64,000 bases of DNA from Octopus vulgaris. Its lineage: Eukaryota. The position numbers were made by a program, and so were the translations under genes. Below the pieces are notes generated by a model, which was given only the letters and a program-made list of their open reading frames with translations, ran no database searches and had not been told where the DNA came from. The DNA lies in the NCBI GenBank assembly GCA_951406725.2, contig OX597815.1, positions 33,170,001 to 33,234,000 of the forward strand. The letters are read 5' to 3'. Shown here in pieces: positions 1 through 14,169 of the stretch; the first letter of the stretch is position 1, and every line of letters begins with the position of its first letter.

Positions 1-124
1 ATGAATACCAGTTGTGAAGCAGTGATGAGTGCGAAACACAGAGACAAAGACACACACATACACTTACATATATACATACATATATATACGATTGATTTGT
101 TTCAGTTCCTGTCTACGAAATCCA
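1..124 (-). mobile_element. Partial SINE family A copy (target of the RTE insertion)
   Basis: Similar to 4330-4450 and to the internal part of the SINE at 15524-15924. Confidence 0.7.
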
Positions 125-129
125 TATAT

Positions 130-2850
130 ATTGTTGTTGGCAACCTTTTTGTCTCGGGAGACTATGGAGTTGCGCATAAAATAATCTAGTCCGGCTTTTA
201 CATTTCATGTCCTAACACATCTCCTGCTGTGGCTGTGTAGTCCTGTCCTGGACAAACACTCCCTCTGGCAGGTGCCGCAAATATAGCGAAGACTTTGCCT
301 GGCTGTTTGTAATGTCATAGTTTCTTGTTGACGTCCTTTCTTGTCTTTCCATTTCTTCTCTCTCTCCATGTCACTCCTTTGTGTTCCCTCTTTTACGGTA
401 CGTCGCCAATCTCCACGGTTGCTGGCAACTGCTTCCCAGTTGGTAATATTTATATTGCAGGCATTCATGTCCCTTTTGCAAACATCCTTGTATCGTAAGA
501 ACGGTCTTCCACAGACCTAGTGCCCCTAGCAAGCTCTCCGTTGAGTATGTCCTTGGGGATTCTGCCATCTTCCATACGGCTAACATGCCCAAGCCATCTC
601 ATACGTCTTTGTGTGAGGAGTGCAAACATGTTTGGTATTCCTGCTTGTTGAGGACATCTTTGTTGGGGACATGATTCAGCCATTTGATGCGAAGGATTTT
701 CCGGATGCAGCGCAGGTGAAAGATATTTAGGCGACGTATAGCGTCGTATGGCGTGTGTATGGCGTCCAAATCTCACTTCCATATAGTAGAGTGCTAAGTA
801 CACATGCCTGGTAAATCTTCATTTTTGTGGTCTTGGTCAGCTTATTGTTGTCCCATGCCCATTTGGAGAGTTGGGCCATCACAGCAGCTGCCTTGCCAAT
901 GCGTATATTGAGCTCAGCATCAAGGGATAGGTTGGAGGTGACGGTAGAGCCAAGATAGGTAAACTTATCCACCTCCTGTAGTCTGTGGTCTCCAATATGT
1001 ATGTTTGGGATGTCCGATGTAGCCTGACCCATGATGTTGGTCTTCTGGAGGCTGATAACTAAGCCAAAGTTGCCACATGCTTGCTCAAAACAGTTGATGA
1101 GCCTTTGTAGGGCTTCTTCTGTGTGTGATACCAGAGCGGCATCATCAGCAAATAGCATCTCCTTGATCAGGATGCTTTTGATTTTGATCTTGGCACGCAG
1201 ACGCGAGAGATTGAACAGTTTCCCATCACTTCTACTGTGCAGAAACACTCCGTCATCTGATGTCTCAAAGGCATGTGACAGCAGCAGCGAGAAGATGCCA
1301 AATAATGTAGGAGCATGGACACAACCTTGCTTTACCCCATTTTTTATTTGGAAGGCGGCTGATGTTGAACCATTGTGCTGTATGGTGCCTTGCATATCAT
1401 CATGGAAAGATCTGATGATCCTCAGCAGCTTTGGTGGACATCCGATGATTTGGAGCAGGATGAAGAGGCCTTTTCTACTTACCAAGTCAAAGGCCTTTGT
1501 CAGATCAATGAAGGCCATATATAATGGCATTTTCTGCTCTCTGGAGTCTCCTGAAGTTGGCGTATGGAGAATATCATGTTAATAGTTTATCTGCTTCTTC
1601 TAAAGCCACACTGCGATTCTGGATAAATTCGATAAGCAAGCAGTTGCAGCCTGGACAGGATAGTGCGAGCAGAGGCCTTTCCAACAGTGCTTAATTTCAC
1701 GGTAATTGTTACAATCACTACGGTCACCTTTGTTTTTGTAAAGCGTAATGATGTTAGCATTCCGCATATCCTGAGGGACTGTACCCTCTTCCCAGCACTG
1801 GCACACAAGCTCATGAAGGTGCCGAAGCAGGATGGTGTTTTTGCTGGTTTTGATGATCTCTAAGGGGATGTCGTCTTTTCCCGGAGCCTTGTTACTTGCT
1901 AGGGAGTCAATAGCCTTAGTGAGCTCTGCTATATATGGCAGACTGTCAAGTTCACACATGACTGGCAAAATCTTGACACCTTCGATCGCAGCCTCAGCTA
2001 CGGTGGTCTCTCGTGAGTAGAGTTCCTGGTAGTACTCCACCCATGTATCCATTTGCTTGCTTTGGTCCTTGATGAGATCTCCAGTAGTTGATTTCAGAGG
2101 AGCTGACTTGGTTGCGGATGGACCGAGGGCCTTCTTCAGACCGGCATACATCCCACGGGTTTCGCCACTGTCAGCAGCTGACTGGATACTCTGACAGATT
2201 TCTTGCCAATACCTATTTGCACAGCGTCTGGCAGTCAGTTGGGTTTTATTTCTTGCCTTTCTGAGTTCTTCGAGTGACTTTGTAGAAGAATCACTCTTGT
2301 ATTGCATCAGAGCTGCACGCTTTGCTTCGATAACTGTTTCCAGCTCTGAGAGCCCAGCATTGAACCAATCTGGGTTTTGTCTTTCTCTCATGCCGAAAGT
2401 ATCTATTGATGTGGTATACAAAGCGTCCCTGATACAATTCCACCTACTTTCAGCAGAGGTGATTGGGCAGCTATTGAGGGCAAATTTGATAGAAACTGCA
2501 AAACATTGTCGCGGTGTAGGGTCCGAGGTTCTGGCAGTGTTAATGCGTGGTGGGTCCATTTTCTTCGAGTGATGGACATTTTTAGGCAGTATCCTCAACC
2601 TGCTTCTTATCAGTGAATTATCTGTATCACAATCCACGCTGTGGTAACTACGGGTCAGTTGAACAGAATTCAGAAAAGATCTTCGTGTAATGATGAGATC
2701 CAGCTGATGCCAATGGTGAGATCTTGGATGTCTCCAAGATGCCTTATGGGATGTCTTGTTGGCAAAGAATTTGTTGGTGATGCACAGGTTATGGTATGTG
2801 CAAAATTCAAGTAGTTTCTGACCATTGTCATTCATGTTGTCAATACCAAA
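130..2850 (-). mobile_element. 5'-truncated, frameshifted RTE-clade non-LTR retrotransposon (end of APE endonuclease + RT)
   Basis: Overlapping minus ORFs 1600-2835, 727-1530, 465-803 and 205-468 carry NDNGQKLLEFC, YKNKGDRSDCNNYR, ESQCGFR, FIDLTKAFD, GVKQGC, LFADD, FTYLGS, RWLGHV and a C-terminal CxxC..H..C finger. The short 3' UTR ends in CAACAACAA. Flanked by a duplicated ~60-bp target. Confidence 0.95.
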
Positions 2851-2928
2851 AACACATACACTTACATATATACATATATATACGATTGATTTGTTTCAGT
2901 TCCTGTCTATATATATATATATATATAT

Positions 2929-3306
2929 GGAGACGCAATGGCCCAGTGGTTAGGGCAGCGGACTCGCGGTCGTAGGATCGCGGTTTTGATTCCCAGACCG
3001 GGCGTTGTGAGTATTTATTGAGCGAAAACACCTAAAGCTCCACGAGGCTCCGGCAGGGATGGTGGTGACCCCTGCTGTACTCTTTCACCACAACTTTCTC
3101 TCACTCTTACTTCCTGTTTCTGTTGTACCTGTATTTCAAAGAGCCGGCCTTGTCACTCTCTGTGTCACGCTGAATATCCCCTAGAACTACGTTAAGGGTA
3201 CACGTGTCTGTGGAGTGCTCAGCCACTTACACGTTAATTTCATGAGCAGGCTGTTCCGTTGATCGGATCAACCGGAACCATCGTCGTCGTAACCGACGGA
3301 GTGCTT
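2929..3306 (+). mobile_element. tRNA-derived SINE (family C)
   Basis: tRNA head with box A (TGGCCCAGTGG) and box B-like (GGTTTTGATTCCC), then a ~300-bp body. A degenerate relative lies at ~31590-31850. Confidence 0.85.
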
Positions 3307-3323
3307 CAAAAAAATCAGCACCT

Positions 3324-3371
<48 letters not shown>

Positions 3372-3383
3372 TATATATATTAA

Positions 3384-3805
3384 ATTAGAGATAAAACCAC
3401 TATTAAGCAAATCAAACATTGAAAAACATAAACCAAAATATAGAAATAAAATTAATTAATATAATATACAAAATATATAAAATATAAAAATCAAAATTTA
3501 AATTATTTAAATTTAAAGTTAAAATTTTAAAAAATTTTTTAATTATTAATTTATACTTATAAATTTTTATATATATATATACATTTTATTATTGTTATTT
3601 TTATTATTATTTTTATTTTTATTATTATTTTTTATTTTATTTTTATTTATTTATTTATTTTTTAAATATATATAATTATCAAAAAGTACTTTATAATACT
3701 TTTTGATAGTTATATATATATTTAATAAATAAATAAATAAATAAAAATAAAATAAGTAATAAAAATTAAAATAATAATAAAAATTAAAATAATAATAAAA
3801 TAACG

Positions 3806-3849
<44 letters not shown>

Positions 3850-4085
3850 AGTATAAATTAATAATTTTTAAAAATGTTTAAATTTTAACTTTAAATTTAA
3901 ATAATTTAAATTTTGATTTTTATATTTTGTATATTATATTAATTAATTTTATTTCTATATTTTGGTTTATGTTTTTCACTGTTTGATTTTCTTAATAGTG
4001 GTTTTATCTCTAATCTATACTGTAAAATTAGATTTAATCTTAAATCTAATTTTTCCCTATGAATTTGGATTTCCTCCCTAATATT
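3384..4085. repeat. ~630-bp AT-rich palindrome made of two inverted PLE-type termini
   Basis: 3384-~3695 is the reverse complement of ~3705-4014. Arm ends resemble the arms at 15941/16141. Flanked by (TA)n. Confidence 0.8.
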
Positions 4086-4087
4086 AT

Positions 4088-4161
<74 letters not shown>

Positions 4162-4204
4162 ATGTATGTATACACACACACACACACATACAAAGATAAA
4201 TTGA

Positions 4205-4565
4205 TAGATACAACTGAGTGGGTAAACAAAAATATGAGACACTGCATAGTGCTTTTCTATATTTTGATAAACCTGGTACTTATTCTATCAGTTTCTTCTT
4301 GTGAAACCAGTAAGTTATGGGGATGTAAATAAACGAACACCAGTTGTGAAGCAGTGTTGAGGGAGAATCACAAAGACACACACATAGACTTACATATATT
4401 CATACATATACATACAATTGATTTCTTTCAGTTTCTGTCAACAAAATCCACTGACAAGGCTTTGGTTGGTCTGAGGCTATAGCAGAAACACATGCCAAGT
4501 TACCGCACAGTGGGACTGAACTGAGGACCATGTGTTTTGGAACCAAGTTTGTTACCACTGTGTGT
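4205..4565 (-). mobile_element. SINE family A (diverged)
   Basis: Similar to 15524-15924. Confidence 0.75.
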
Positions 4566-4579
4566 GGGGATGGGGTGGA

Positions 4580-4723
4580 TCGCTGTGTGTGTGTATCGGT
4601 GTATATATGTATGCATATATATATATGTGTATATATATATATATATGTGTACATATTACATGTACATCTATATATACATCTAGACATACATGTATACATA
4701 TACATCTATATATATATACACAC

Positions 4724-4758
<35 letters not shown>

Positions 4759-4764
4759 TGTATG

Positions 4765-4797
<33 letters not shown>

Positions 4798-4988
4798 GTA
4801 TGTATATATATGCATGTATATGTATGTATATGTATGTATATGTATATGTATGTATATGTATGTATATGTATATGTATGTATATATATATGTGTGTATGTA
4901 TGTATGTATGTATGTATGTATGTATGTATGTATGTATGTATGTATGTATGTATGTATGTATGTATATATGTGTGTGTGTATACATACA
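4580..4988. repeat. (TATG)n/(TA)n/(TG)n compound microsatellite
   Basis: Seen directly; source of several spurious Y/I/M/C ORFs. Confidence 0.95.
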
Positions 4989-5035
4989 ATAGAGAGATGC
5001 TTTTGTTTCACTTTTAACACGTAATACTGAAATAG

Positions 5036-5365
5036 TGGAGAAGATGTGATATTACTGTAGGATCGCCCTAGGCAAGAAGTTAGAAATTTTTGCCCATGAC
5101 ACTACATGGACCCTAAGTAAGTCATGTGTAAAATAATTTGAATGAAATTGGTTGTGTAGTTCTCAAGTTTTAGGGATTCATTGTGGAGAAGATATGATAT
5201 TGCTATGGGCTCGCCCTAGACAAGCAGTTAAAAAATTTTGGGGGCCCATGAAACCCCTTGGACCCTAAGTAAGGCATGTGTAAAATTTGAATGAAATTGG
5301 TTGTGTAGTTCTCAAGTTTGAAGGATTCACACAGACAGACAGACAGGCAGGCAGGCAAGTTTATT
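5036..5365. repeat. Two ~147-bp tandem units followed by (CAGA)n; possible Helentron/DINE-like element
   Basis: 5036-5180 and 5183-5329 both run GTGGAGAAGAT...GGATTCA. Confidence 0.6.
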
Positions 5366-5415
5366 GAATGAAGAAAAAGTATCATTAGCTCCAGATGCTC
5401 ACGTTTCTTTTCATT

Positions 5416-6207
5416 TGCGTGATGGAATCAAAAGGTTCCCGGACTAGTTATGTTTAATAAAAAAAATAACTTATTTACCTAAGTTTTGACATCATCTCCT
5501 TCGAAATAGTCACCTTGTGCAGCAATACACCGGTCTCAGCGTTCCTGCCACTTTTAGAATCTGGCCTGGAAGTCGTTTTCCGTAAGCGAGTCGAGGACCT
5601 TCTGCGATTCGCTCAGGATTTCGACAACAGTATTAAAACAGCAACATTTGAGCTGCTTTTCATCTTGGGGAAGAGATGGAAGTCTGCAGATGATAAATCT
5701 GGCGAATAGGGATGGTGCAGTAGCAATACCATATTGTTTTTGGTGAGAAACTCACGAGTGATTGGATTTATTGTCGTCGTGAAAAATCCAGTTCTCCGCG
5801 CCACACAAAGCCAATCCTCCCACAAATGCTTCAAAACGTCGTTGATTATCCTCCGACGATCCTCATGCACATGAGTTTTCTCCACATTCCCGGAGGTGAT
5901 GCTCGTGGAGGGCCTTTCAGATTACTTATCGTCTTCAAGGGACGTTCTTCCGCTCTTGAAGCGCGCGCGCCATAAGCATGCTCGATGTCTCTGTATCAAA
6001 TTTCCCAAGTTTAACACAAAATTTCATGCTGGCTTTTTGTTCCTGTCTATAACAAAATCACAGACAACAACGTACACATAATTACAAAATCACAAATTTC
6101 ACAATCTGCGAAGTAAACCTAGCGGTGTCCCTCGGCTCGCTGCCTCATGAAGACCATTGCTAGCTCTCATTCGAACTAGTCCGGGAATCTTTTGATAACA
6201 CCTCGTA
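5416..6207 (-). mobile_element. Degenerate mariner DNA transposon
   Basis: HHPYSPDLSSADFHLFPKMK (YSPDL motif) in ORF 5613-5885. Imperfect TIRs ATCAAAAGGTTCCCGGACTAGTT / AACTAGTCCGGGAATCTTTTGAT; the right end is followed by TA. Confidence 0.85.
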
Positions 6208-6214
6208 TGTTATA

Positions 6215-7314
6215 TCAAGAAAATCTTTGTGGTAAATATACTATTCTAAGTGATACTTCGCAAAAAGTATGGTTATCCGTGCAAATGCAACGCACCATCG
6301 TCAATTTCATAATATTCTTAAGTTGGATGATTCGGTATACACTATGGATTTTCCATATCATTGTTTCGCTGGGAAAGGTGTTAGCAAAAATTTCATCTTT
6401 GCGAAAACAGATAATTAAATTTTATGAAGAATAGGATTAGCAATGTGAATTACTGAAAGAAGATTATGTAGAAATGCTGTATTTCTGTGTGATAGCATGT
6501 CGAAACAAAATGACTTAAATATTCTTTGCAAGGTAAAACTAGGTTTATATATGATACGAGGCAAAAAAATCCGAGCATGTCGAAACAAGGCTATCTTTTT
6601 TCAAACTCTTCTTTAAAAGGAAATTTCAGACGAGCGTTTTCCTCAATTAACAAAGGTCATTGATAAACAGGAGGATTCATGCAAATCATTTGAAGAATAC
6701 GCGGCTGTTAATTGGAGAATGCAATGAAAGGCTCACTGATTTCGAGAATCATGACATCACACTCAAATTAGCATTTCAACTTTACCTAGTTGGTGTCCCC
6801 AAGGCTCCTAAAATGCTACAGATGGAATTGATTGAGCTCTTAGAAGATGGCATTTTAAAGTCCTTAGTTGACACTAAGAAAGATGCGATTGAAATATGGA
6901 AAAATGCAATAGAATGCCCATGCCTTCTACCATGCACGAAAAGTGCTTTCCTGCTTTTCAACCACTAATTGCTGGGAATCTACATTCTCCTGTCTAACCA
7001 AAATCAAGACGGCTTTAAGGTCACGAATGACGGATACTCATCTAGAGGATCACCTGAAATAGAAGACCTCCTAGTTGCAACAAAATATTCAAATGCTTTC
7101 CTACAAAAAGCAGTACCAAAGCCATTAAAAATTCAGTTAACTCTAGAATTAACAAATTTGTTTTCATTCTTTGAAATTAATTAGTACACAATAGATTTTT
7201 ACAAAAATAATGTAAATTTTGAAGAATATCTAATTGAAGTTTCTTTAATGAAGCCTTATTAGATTATAACTAACTTAATGTGGCTTTTCAGCGTGAAAAG
7301 ATTTCCTACCTCTG
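6215..7314 (+). mobile_element. Degenerate hAT (Charlie/SPIN, GTF2IRD2-like) transposase fragment
   Basis: GKVLAK, ERLTDFE and LQMELIEL remnants, plus a C-terminal dimerisation-region remnant and a TIR-like end TTTCCTACCTCTG. Confidence 0.7.
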
Positions 7315-7704
7315 CTATAGGATGTGACTAATCTATGTAATTGAATTATTTTATAGTGTATGTAATATGTACAGTACGATTAAATCTGATATTTCTGATA
7401 CGCTGTAGATACCATGGATACACTGGAGAGTTTGTTTTTGTTTCGTAACCCGGAAGACGTTGTCATAAAATGAGTGATTTCGACGCATTTATCATTCTAT
7501 TAATATCAGTGTAAGATATGATAGTAACTGTTTTTCAAAATTCAAATGGCTTCATGAGAAAACTTTCATAAATTAATGGTTAGTATTCTACATATAGAAC
7601 TAGTTAAAATTGCAGGTGAATTTAAATTCATTGCTACATATATTTGATATTACTGAGTTGAATTGTAATACGCCTGTTCGTTTCAGTACATATGAAATTA
7701 CTGG

Positions 7705-7757
<53 letters not shown>

Positions 7758-10708
7758 ACATGTATATCCAAGTAAACCGACTGCTCATTGTTCAGTTCCT
7801 TGTGGCATTCATTCTCACCCTCTCCCTCTCTTTGATGTCTATTCTTATTCCTTTTGCACTCCCTTCGAAATTTCTCTCTTTCATTAGAATCATTTTCTGT
7901 CACTTGAATTCTACTTCTCCTATCTATTAACCTTAGGCTTTTATTTCTTCCCTGTCTTTCTCAAGCTACCTTCTCGAAATATTCTCTCTATTTCTACACT
8001 CTTTACGCGAATTTGTAAATAAATCAAAAACACAAATCATATTTTTCTGATATTCCACTTTATTGAATGTTTCGTTTTTTCCTTTTCTTCAGTGAGAATA
8101 TTTTAGAAATAAAACCTCTGGAGAGATTTAAACTAAATAATAAAAGACAAACCTTGCAGTTTCTATACATATTTCAGAAATCATTCAGTACACAACTCAA
8201 AAGAGGCAAATATTTCTCATTGAGAGTTATATCCTGCAGTTAAATCAACTGAAAGTATTACTGAGCGTGTTTCCTTTTTGTTTCTTTGTTTTCAATGAGT
8301 ATTTCAAAATCATAAATCTTTTGAGGGGAAGATAGTTCCATTATAAAATCTATTGTATATTTAACTTACTTTCCTTTAATAGTAAAAAGGCGGTTTGGCC
8401 AAAATTGCTAGGAAATATGGAGTGTTATTTTTAAGTTCTTTTACATTCCTGCCGAAATTCACTATGCCGTTCATATTTATGATATCGGTAAAATAAGTAC
8501 AAGTGAACTATTGGCGTGGGTTTAATCGATTATACTTGCTCACCCTTACTAAAAAAATACCATTTGCGCTTATATTAGAAATAACTTAATAGTGCATGGT
8601 ACGAGAGGCGGTATTTAACTTAAAGAATATTTATTGGTCTGAGACAACACAAGAGCTAAAACTGATTTCATAAATACTCTTGCTTTTTTAAGAATGATTA
8701 ATTCATATAGAACAACTGGTGCTGAGGTATGTAACTTTCTCTTGTCTCAAGTTAGCTATAAACAGGAACAATTGCGGGAGGTAGCACCGTACGATGGCTG
8801 GCTTTTTAGTTGATTTCTAAAACTAAGTTTAAATTGTTATATGCATACAAATTTAAATGGAATTGCCACACCCTCTACGTTTTAATAAATGTTAGCTTTT
8901 AATCAATGTGCAAAGGGCACGGCGCAGAATAAATTCTTGGGAAACTGAGTCTGTGATTTAGGATTGATTCTTAGTTAAAGTATTCAATTTCACTCAATCC
9001 CGTTGACTGCGATTTCTGGCGAGGATTAGGTTTCAACTAACTGAGGTATCTATGACAACTACAAGAAGACAAACTCATGTGCTCGCCTAATGTTCAGACT
9101 TATGGGTCTTTTTTTTGTATTTATGCGAATAGAAAAACAATCTCTACACCATCACAATCACCTGACAGCATACAAATATGTCAAAGTTTGGAGATATGTT
9201 GAAAATGTTGCATGTATTAGTTACTGAATTGAAATTAGAGGATTGAAATAAGCCATTTCTGCTCGAAGCTTGGAATATAACTCCAATGTAACCTCCAACT
9301 CTGCAGGTTACATTGTAAAACTTTGGTAATATATAAAGTAAGGCAATTATTATAGATATGAATTAAAACTTATAAATGGAATTTGATAGGTACATGTCCT
9401 ACATCAACTGGCAATAGATATTCTCCGATATTCTGACTGTTATATGACGTCCACATCACTTGTACAACTGACATCAGTAATATGACATAACGAGGCACTT
9501 TTTCTAACCGACATAGCAATGTCTTATCTACAGTTCTCCAATTTATGGAAAAATTTATCTAGAGAGTTCCAATAACTTTATTTGCATTCAAAGGCATTGA
9601 ACCATTCAAGCAATTGGTTTATTATATTCTTCCACTGGGGTCTTTTTACAGTTGTTCTATATAGTTGAGTGGATAATGTTTTTAACTAGCCGCTCAAATG
9701 TTGTGAGTCTATATGTTTCTGACCTCTTAAAAATAAATTGCATGAAACCGATAGGATACGAAGCGCGCCGATACATAATATAACATAATATAGCTTTAAT
9801 AACGGCGGTGAATATTCTTCGAGAGATTGGTAATATAAACGTAAGTAGTTTAACCTGAGTTAACTAACAATGGAATTTATTACGCAGGATTAATGTCGTA
9901 CGGTATTTAGATGTATTCGTGTACATTATAAATGAATGTTTCGCTTAAGCTAGCATTGCCTGTGATCCGAAGGTGTTAATAAAATTAATTATCATTAAGT
10001 AATGAGTGAATTTAATTTTCGTTCTCGGGGAGTCAATAAAATAGCTATAAATAAAATATCTAGTATATTTAGCAATAATCGACTATATTTTCCCCTTTAG
10101 TGAGTACTTAATCAGAACACATGAAGAAGCACAGATGTCTGGACTACCAACTGAAAGTTTAGAAGCTACTTTCCTGATAACAACACACATTCAGAGTCTA
10201 AGACAAAGACAATTGACTCTCAGTTACTTTACAGAAAGACATTATCCGCATTAGATTTATATCTATAATTATTGAAGCATTTGGATACGTGACTAGCAGC
10301 CTTATTTCAACTTTGGGGAACTGAGTCCACAAAACTAGAAAGAACGCTTCCAGTCAGGTAATTACAGCTATAAGCCAATAAAGGGACTGTCAAAATATGT
10401 AAGTTTTTTAAGAAGTTTCGCTGAGGAAAATGCCAGCTATAAGTTCTACAAAATCCGTATTCAAATACTATCGGTTAACCGATCCTGCAAGATCGGTTAC
10501 CATATTCTAAGTAGCTACCAAGAAAACTTTGACTAAAACACACGGCTAAACTAAATTTTAAACAGATAGGATCAAATAAATAACTCTAAAATATATTAGC
10601 GAGATGAAATGAGAAATTCTGATACTGAACATGAATTCGTCAATGAATACCAACTCCTCAAGCACACGTTTGCATTTTTATGCTCGAAGGTAATCTAAAA
10701 CATTTTGA

Positions 10709-10938
10709 TGGCGATGATCGGCAGAAACGTTAGCACGCCGGACGAAATGCGTAGCCGTATTTCGTCTACCGTTACGTTCTGAGTTCAAATTCCGCCGAGG
10801 TCGACTTTGCTTTTCATCCTTTCGGGGTCGATAAATTAAGTACCAGTTACGCACTGGGGTTGATGTAATCGACTTAATCCGTTTGTCTGTCCTTGTTTGT
10901 CCTCTCTGTGTTTAGCTCCTTGTGTGTAGTAAAGAAAT
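10709..10938 (+). mobile_element. SINE family B with Tx1-like tail, 20-bp TSD
   Basis: Box B GAGTTCAAATTCC. TSD AGGTAATCTAAAACATTTTG at 10688-10707 and 10939-10958. Confidence 0.9.
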
Positions 10939-11079
10939 AGGTAATCTAAAACATTTTGTGAAAAAATACCCTTCTCAAAATGATTTTGAATAATTTTGGT
11001 TAATTTTGAAATGAAAAGAATTTGAACTAAAATACATCATATCAGAATATAAGAAATGAAAAGTGCATAAATAGTAACA

Positions 11080-11560
11080 TTACTACAGATAGTTACTGAA
11101 GCTTTTGGAAAACTGATTAACGGTGTGGCACCAGAAATATATGGATATTCTAGAGATCATTAATCTGTTTATTTAATAGGAACTGTGAAATTGACATGCT
11201 GTGGCGCATGCAGGTCTAGAAAAAAATGAAAACATCTAATTGGCAGACACTACTGGGCGATTATGTACGAGCTTTATACAAGCCATTTAAGTTAATACCG
11301 TTTGATTCCAACAAAGCAGCGATTACTTAGCAGGCAGGTGGAGCTTTGATGACGAAGCTAACAACTAGAAATTTATAAATAGTTAAGTTAACGTTGAGAT
11401 ATTTAATGAAGAGAGTAGCAAAGCAAAACTAATTTTACAGCGAGGAAATTACACGAACTCAGTGACTAATTTTATTTCAATAATTTCAGAAAGTGCAGAA
11501 GATAATTCTGAATGTGTTTCGCTTTTATTAAAGACTTAAATCGACCTGATTAATCACCTG
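11080..11560 (+). pseudogene. Highly degenerate LINE RT remnant
   Basis: Weak traces of RT motifs with many stops. Confidence 0.35.
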
Positions 11561-12043
11561 TCCACAAACATAACGGTTGTCTTTAACCTTAAAAATTTTT
11601 CAAAAGGTGTATTCAATGAGACATTCTTTCAGCACATCTGTCTATTTTGGCACTAGTTTACAAATACTAATAGGTGGTTATATACTACTGTTTTTAAGCA
11701 CAAGAAATTTCGTGTAACCTATAATTTCTTTGTTGATGATTATTTATTTATAAATAAATAAGTAAAGAGTTTAAGTTATTAAAATTATAATACTTTCACA
11801 TTTACAATCTCTTGCATTCATGCATATCTTTCACTTTCAAGAAAACGTTTTTGTAATACAGGACCAGGAAAAATAAACAGAATATATATTGTACAGATGC
11901 TACAATCTATACAAACTCTGGGAAATTAATCTGCATACGTCCTCCGCACCATAAGTAGTTGCCCAAAGTGTAATCGCGGCATTACCGACTTATAAGGCAC
12001 GACGTCTTGGCCAGAACATTATACAACGAAATTTATAGAAAAA

Positions 12044-12441
12044 CTAGCAGTATCGCCCGGCGTTGCTCGGGTTTGTAAGGGAAATAACTATATAAGCATT
12101 TTTAGAGAGTTATAGCCAAACAATAGCAAAAAGATGCATTAAAAATGGAAAAAAAAATGATGGTAATTTTTTTTTAAATCGTTGACTCATCGTAGACATT
12201 TTTAGAGAGTTACTTCCCTTATATAATAGCGAAAAAATGCATTAAAATGGAAAAAAATGATGGTAATTTTTTTTTTAAATCGAAGACTCATCGTAGACGC
12301 GCGCTAATACCCAGAAGGGCTCGATATGAATCACGACTATAAGATACCCGGTTTTGGTTAAACTGCACCGCAAAATGTGGGAGTAGTTAGGAATCTAAAT
12401 CGTAGGAGACAGACACACAACTTCACTTTTATATATAAAGA
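12044..12441 (-). mobile_element. Non-autonomous Helitron
   Basis: Minus strand starts TC(TTTATATATAAAA) and ends with hairpin CCCG-AGCAACGC-CGGG then CTAG. Inserted between A and T. Near-identical to 37154-37630. Confidence 0.88.
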
Positions 12442-13109
12442 TAATCGAGAGCATAATCAGACGTAATATGAAAGAATATTAGTTGTATATCCCTGTCAAG
12501 ATTTTGATGCAAGCTTAAGAGACCAGCTTACTAGATTAGGACAAATATCTCAACTTAATGATAAAAATTAGTGGAAAACAAAGCATCTCTGTCGATGATG
12601 AGAAACCTGCCGTTAGTCAATATATGGCAATAGATTTCTACCTATAATTATTGCTGCACTCGGAAATGTGACTAACTGCCTGTTATATCGTAACACTACA
12701 CAGTGACTGTGTGAGCTACGAAATCCTCGTCGCTACTCTGTTTTCCGACAGCTACCCTCCGACGTCTAGACTTCTCCCTCTTTATCTACGCATTGGGCTA
12801 GTCTACTTCATCGTCTGGGGGCGTCGACAAAACACTGCCTCAGTTACTGCCTCAGTATTAAAGATAGATTTCAAAAAAACAGAAAGAATAGACCTAATGA
12901 CATTACAGCTACAAGCCATCAAAGACATTATCAAAATATGCAAGTTACTCAAGAAGTAACAGGTGCGTATACACACATGCATATATCCACATATGCAATG
13001 AGATACCGCTATGTATGCGTGTGCATATGAATATGTAAACATATGCATATATGATATATGCATATATCTTTACATACATAATGCATATATACATACATTC
13101 CCCGCGTTA

Positions 13110-13299
13110 AGAGTATTGCGAAAGGCCTTGTGGGAGTTCCAACCTTCCGAGTTCTTTTACAGGGCTTCGAAAAACTGACGGAGCACTGCAATAAGTGTGT
13201 GAATCTGAGAAGGGAATATGTTGAAAAAAATCATAATTAAATAATCCTCCTGTGTTCTCTTTTACCCAACGCCAGAAAGTTTTCAACACCCCATCGTAG
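13110..13299 (-). mobile_element. Mariner-like end fragment
   Basis: Minus strand begins TACGATGGGGTGTTGAAAACTTTCTGGC, a mariner-type TIR. Confidence 0.5.
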
Positions 13300-13665
13300 A
13301 TATTTATAAAATCCATACTTAAAAATCAACACATGTCTACGTCCGCTTATGTTGTCCTCATTCTAATGAGTCTTGTTCCTAGGCTAGAAACTGGCTTTTC
13401 CTCATTCGTGAGAAATTAAAAAAAAAATAATGCAGGAAAACACATATTTACATTAATATGCACATACATAAATACATTCATACATAGATATATGTGAATG
13501 AATGTGTGTATTTTCGTGTACGTTTCGTTAAACAACAAGGATGGAAAATGAACTGATTGACAAATAGTTAAACGCAGTCATTTGAAGTAGAGCTTTTATT
13601 CCGTCACTACTCCGAACTTCTAGTTTCTGGCACATTTTACACACCGAAATAGAAAGAAAGAAAAA

Positions 13666-13713
<48 letters not shown>

Positions 13714-14097
13714 AAGATAGAAAGAAAGAAAAAAAGAAAGAAAGAATAGAGGAGACATTTGTGAAAGATAATTGGAAACCTTTTAAGCGACAACAAAGAA
13801 CTGAACCAATTCAAAAAGTTTTAAATCTTATTTTTCTACTTAAATTTTATTTATGACAAAAGAAATTTATAAAGAGGCAGAAAACTTTATGAAGTTCATT
13901 ATGTGTGTGTGCGCGTACGTGTGTGTGTGTGTGTGCATGTGTGTGTGTGTGTGTGTGTGTTTTCCTTTGTTGGTGTCGCAAGTGTTAAGTGCATCAGTCA
14001 CAAATAAACGTGCACATAGGTATCACAAACATAAGTATCCTTAAGATATTCATATACACGTACGAATAAATATGCGTGAATAAAGAATATTTTTGAT

Positions 14098-14169
<72 letters not shown>

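Noticed and set aside
2929-3000. tRNA genes at 2929 and 63496
   Set aside because: SINE heads: imperfect stems continuing into SINE bodies with no Pol III terminator.
4400-5024. Long ORFs rich in Y/I/H/T/M/C (also 22150-22571, 42123-42802, 55196-55742)
   Set aside because: Translations of microsatellites, not genes.
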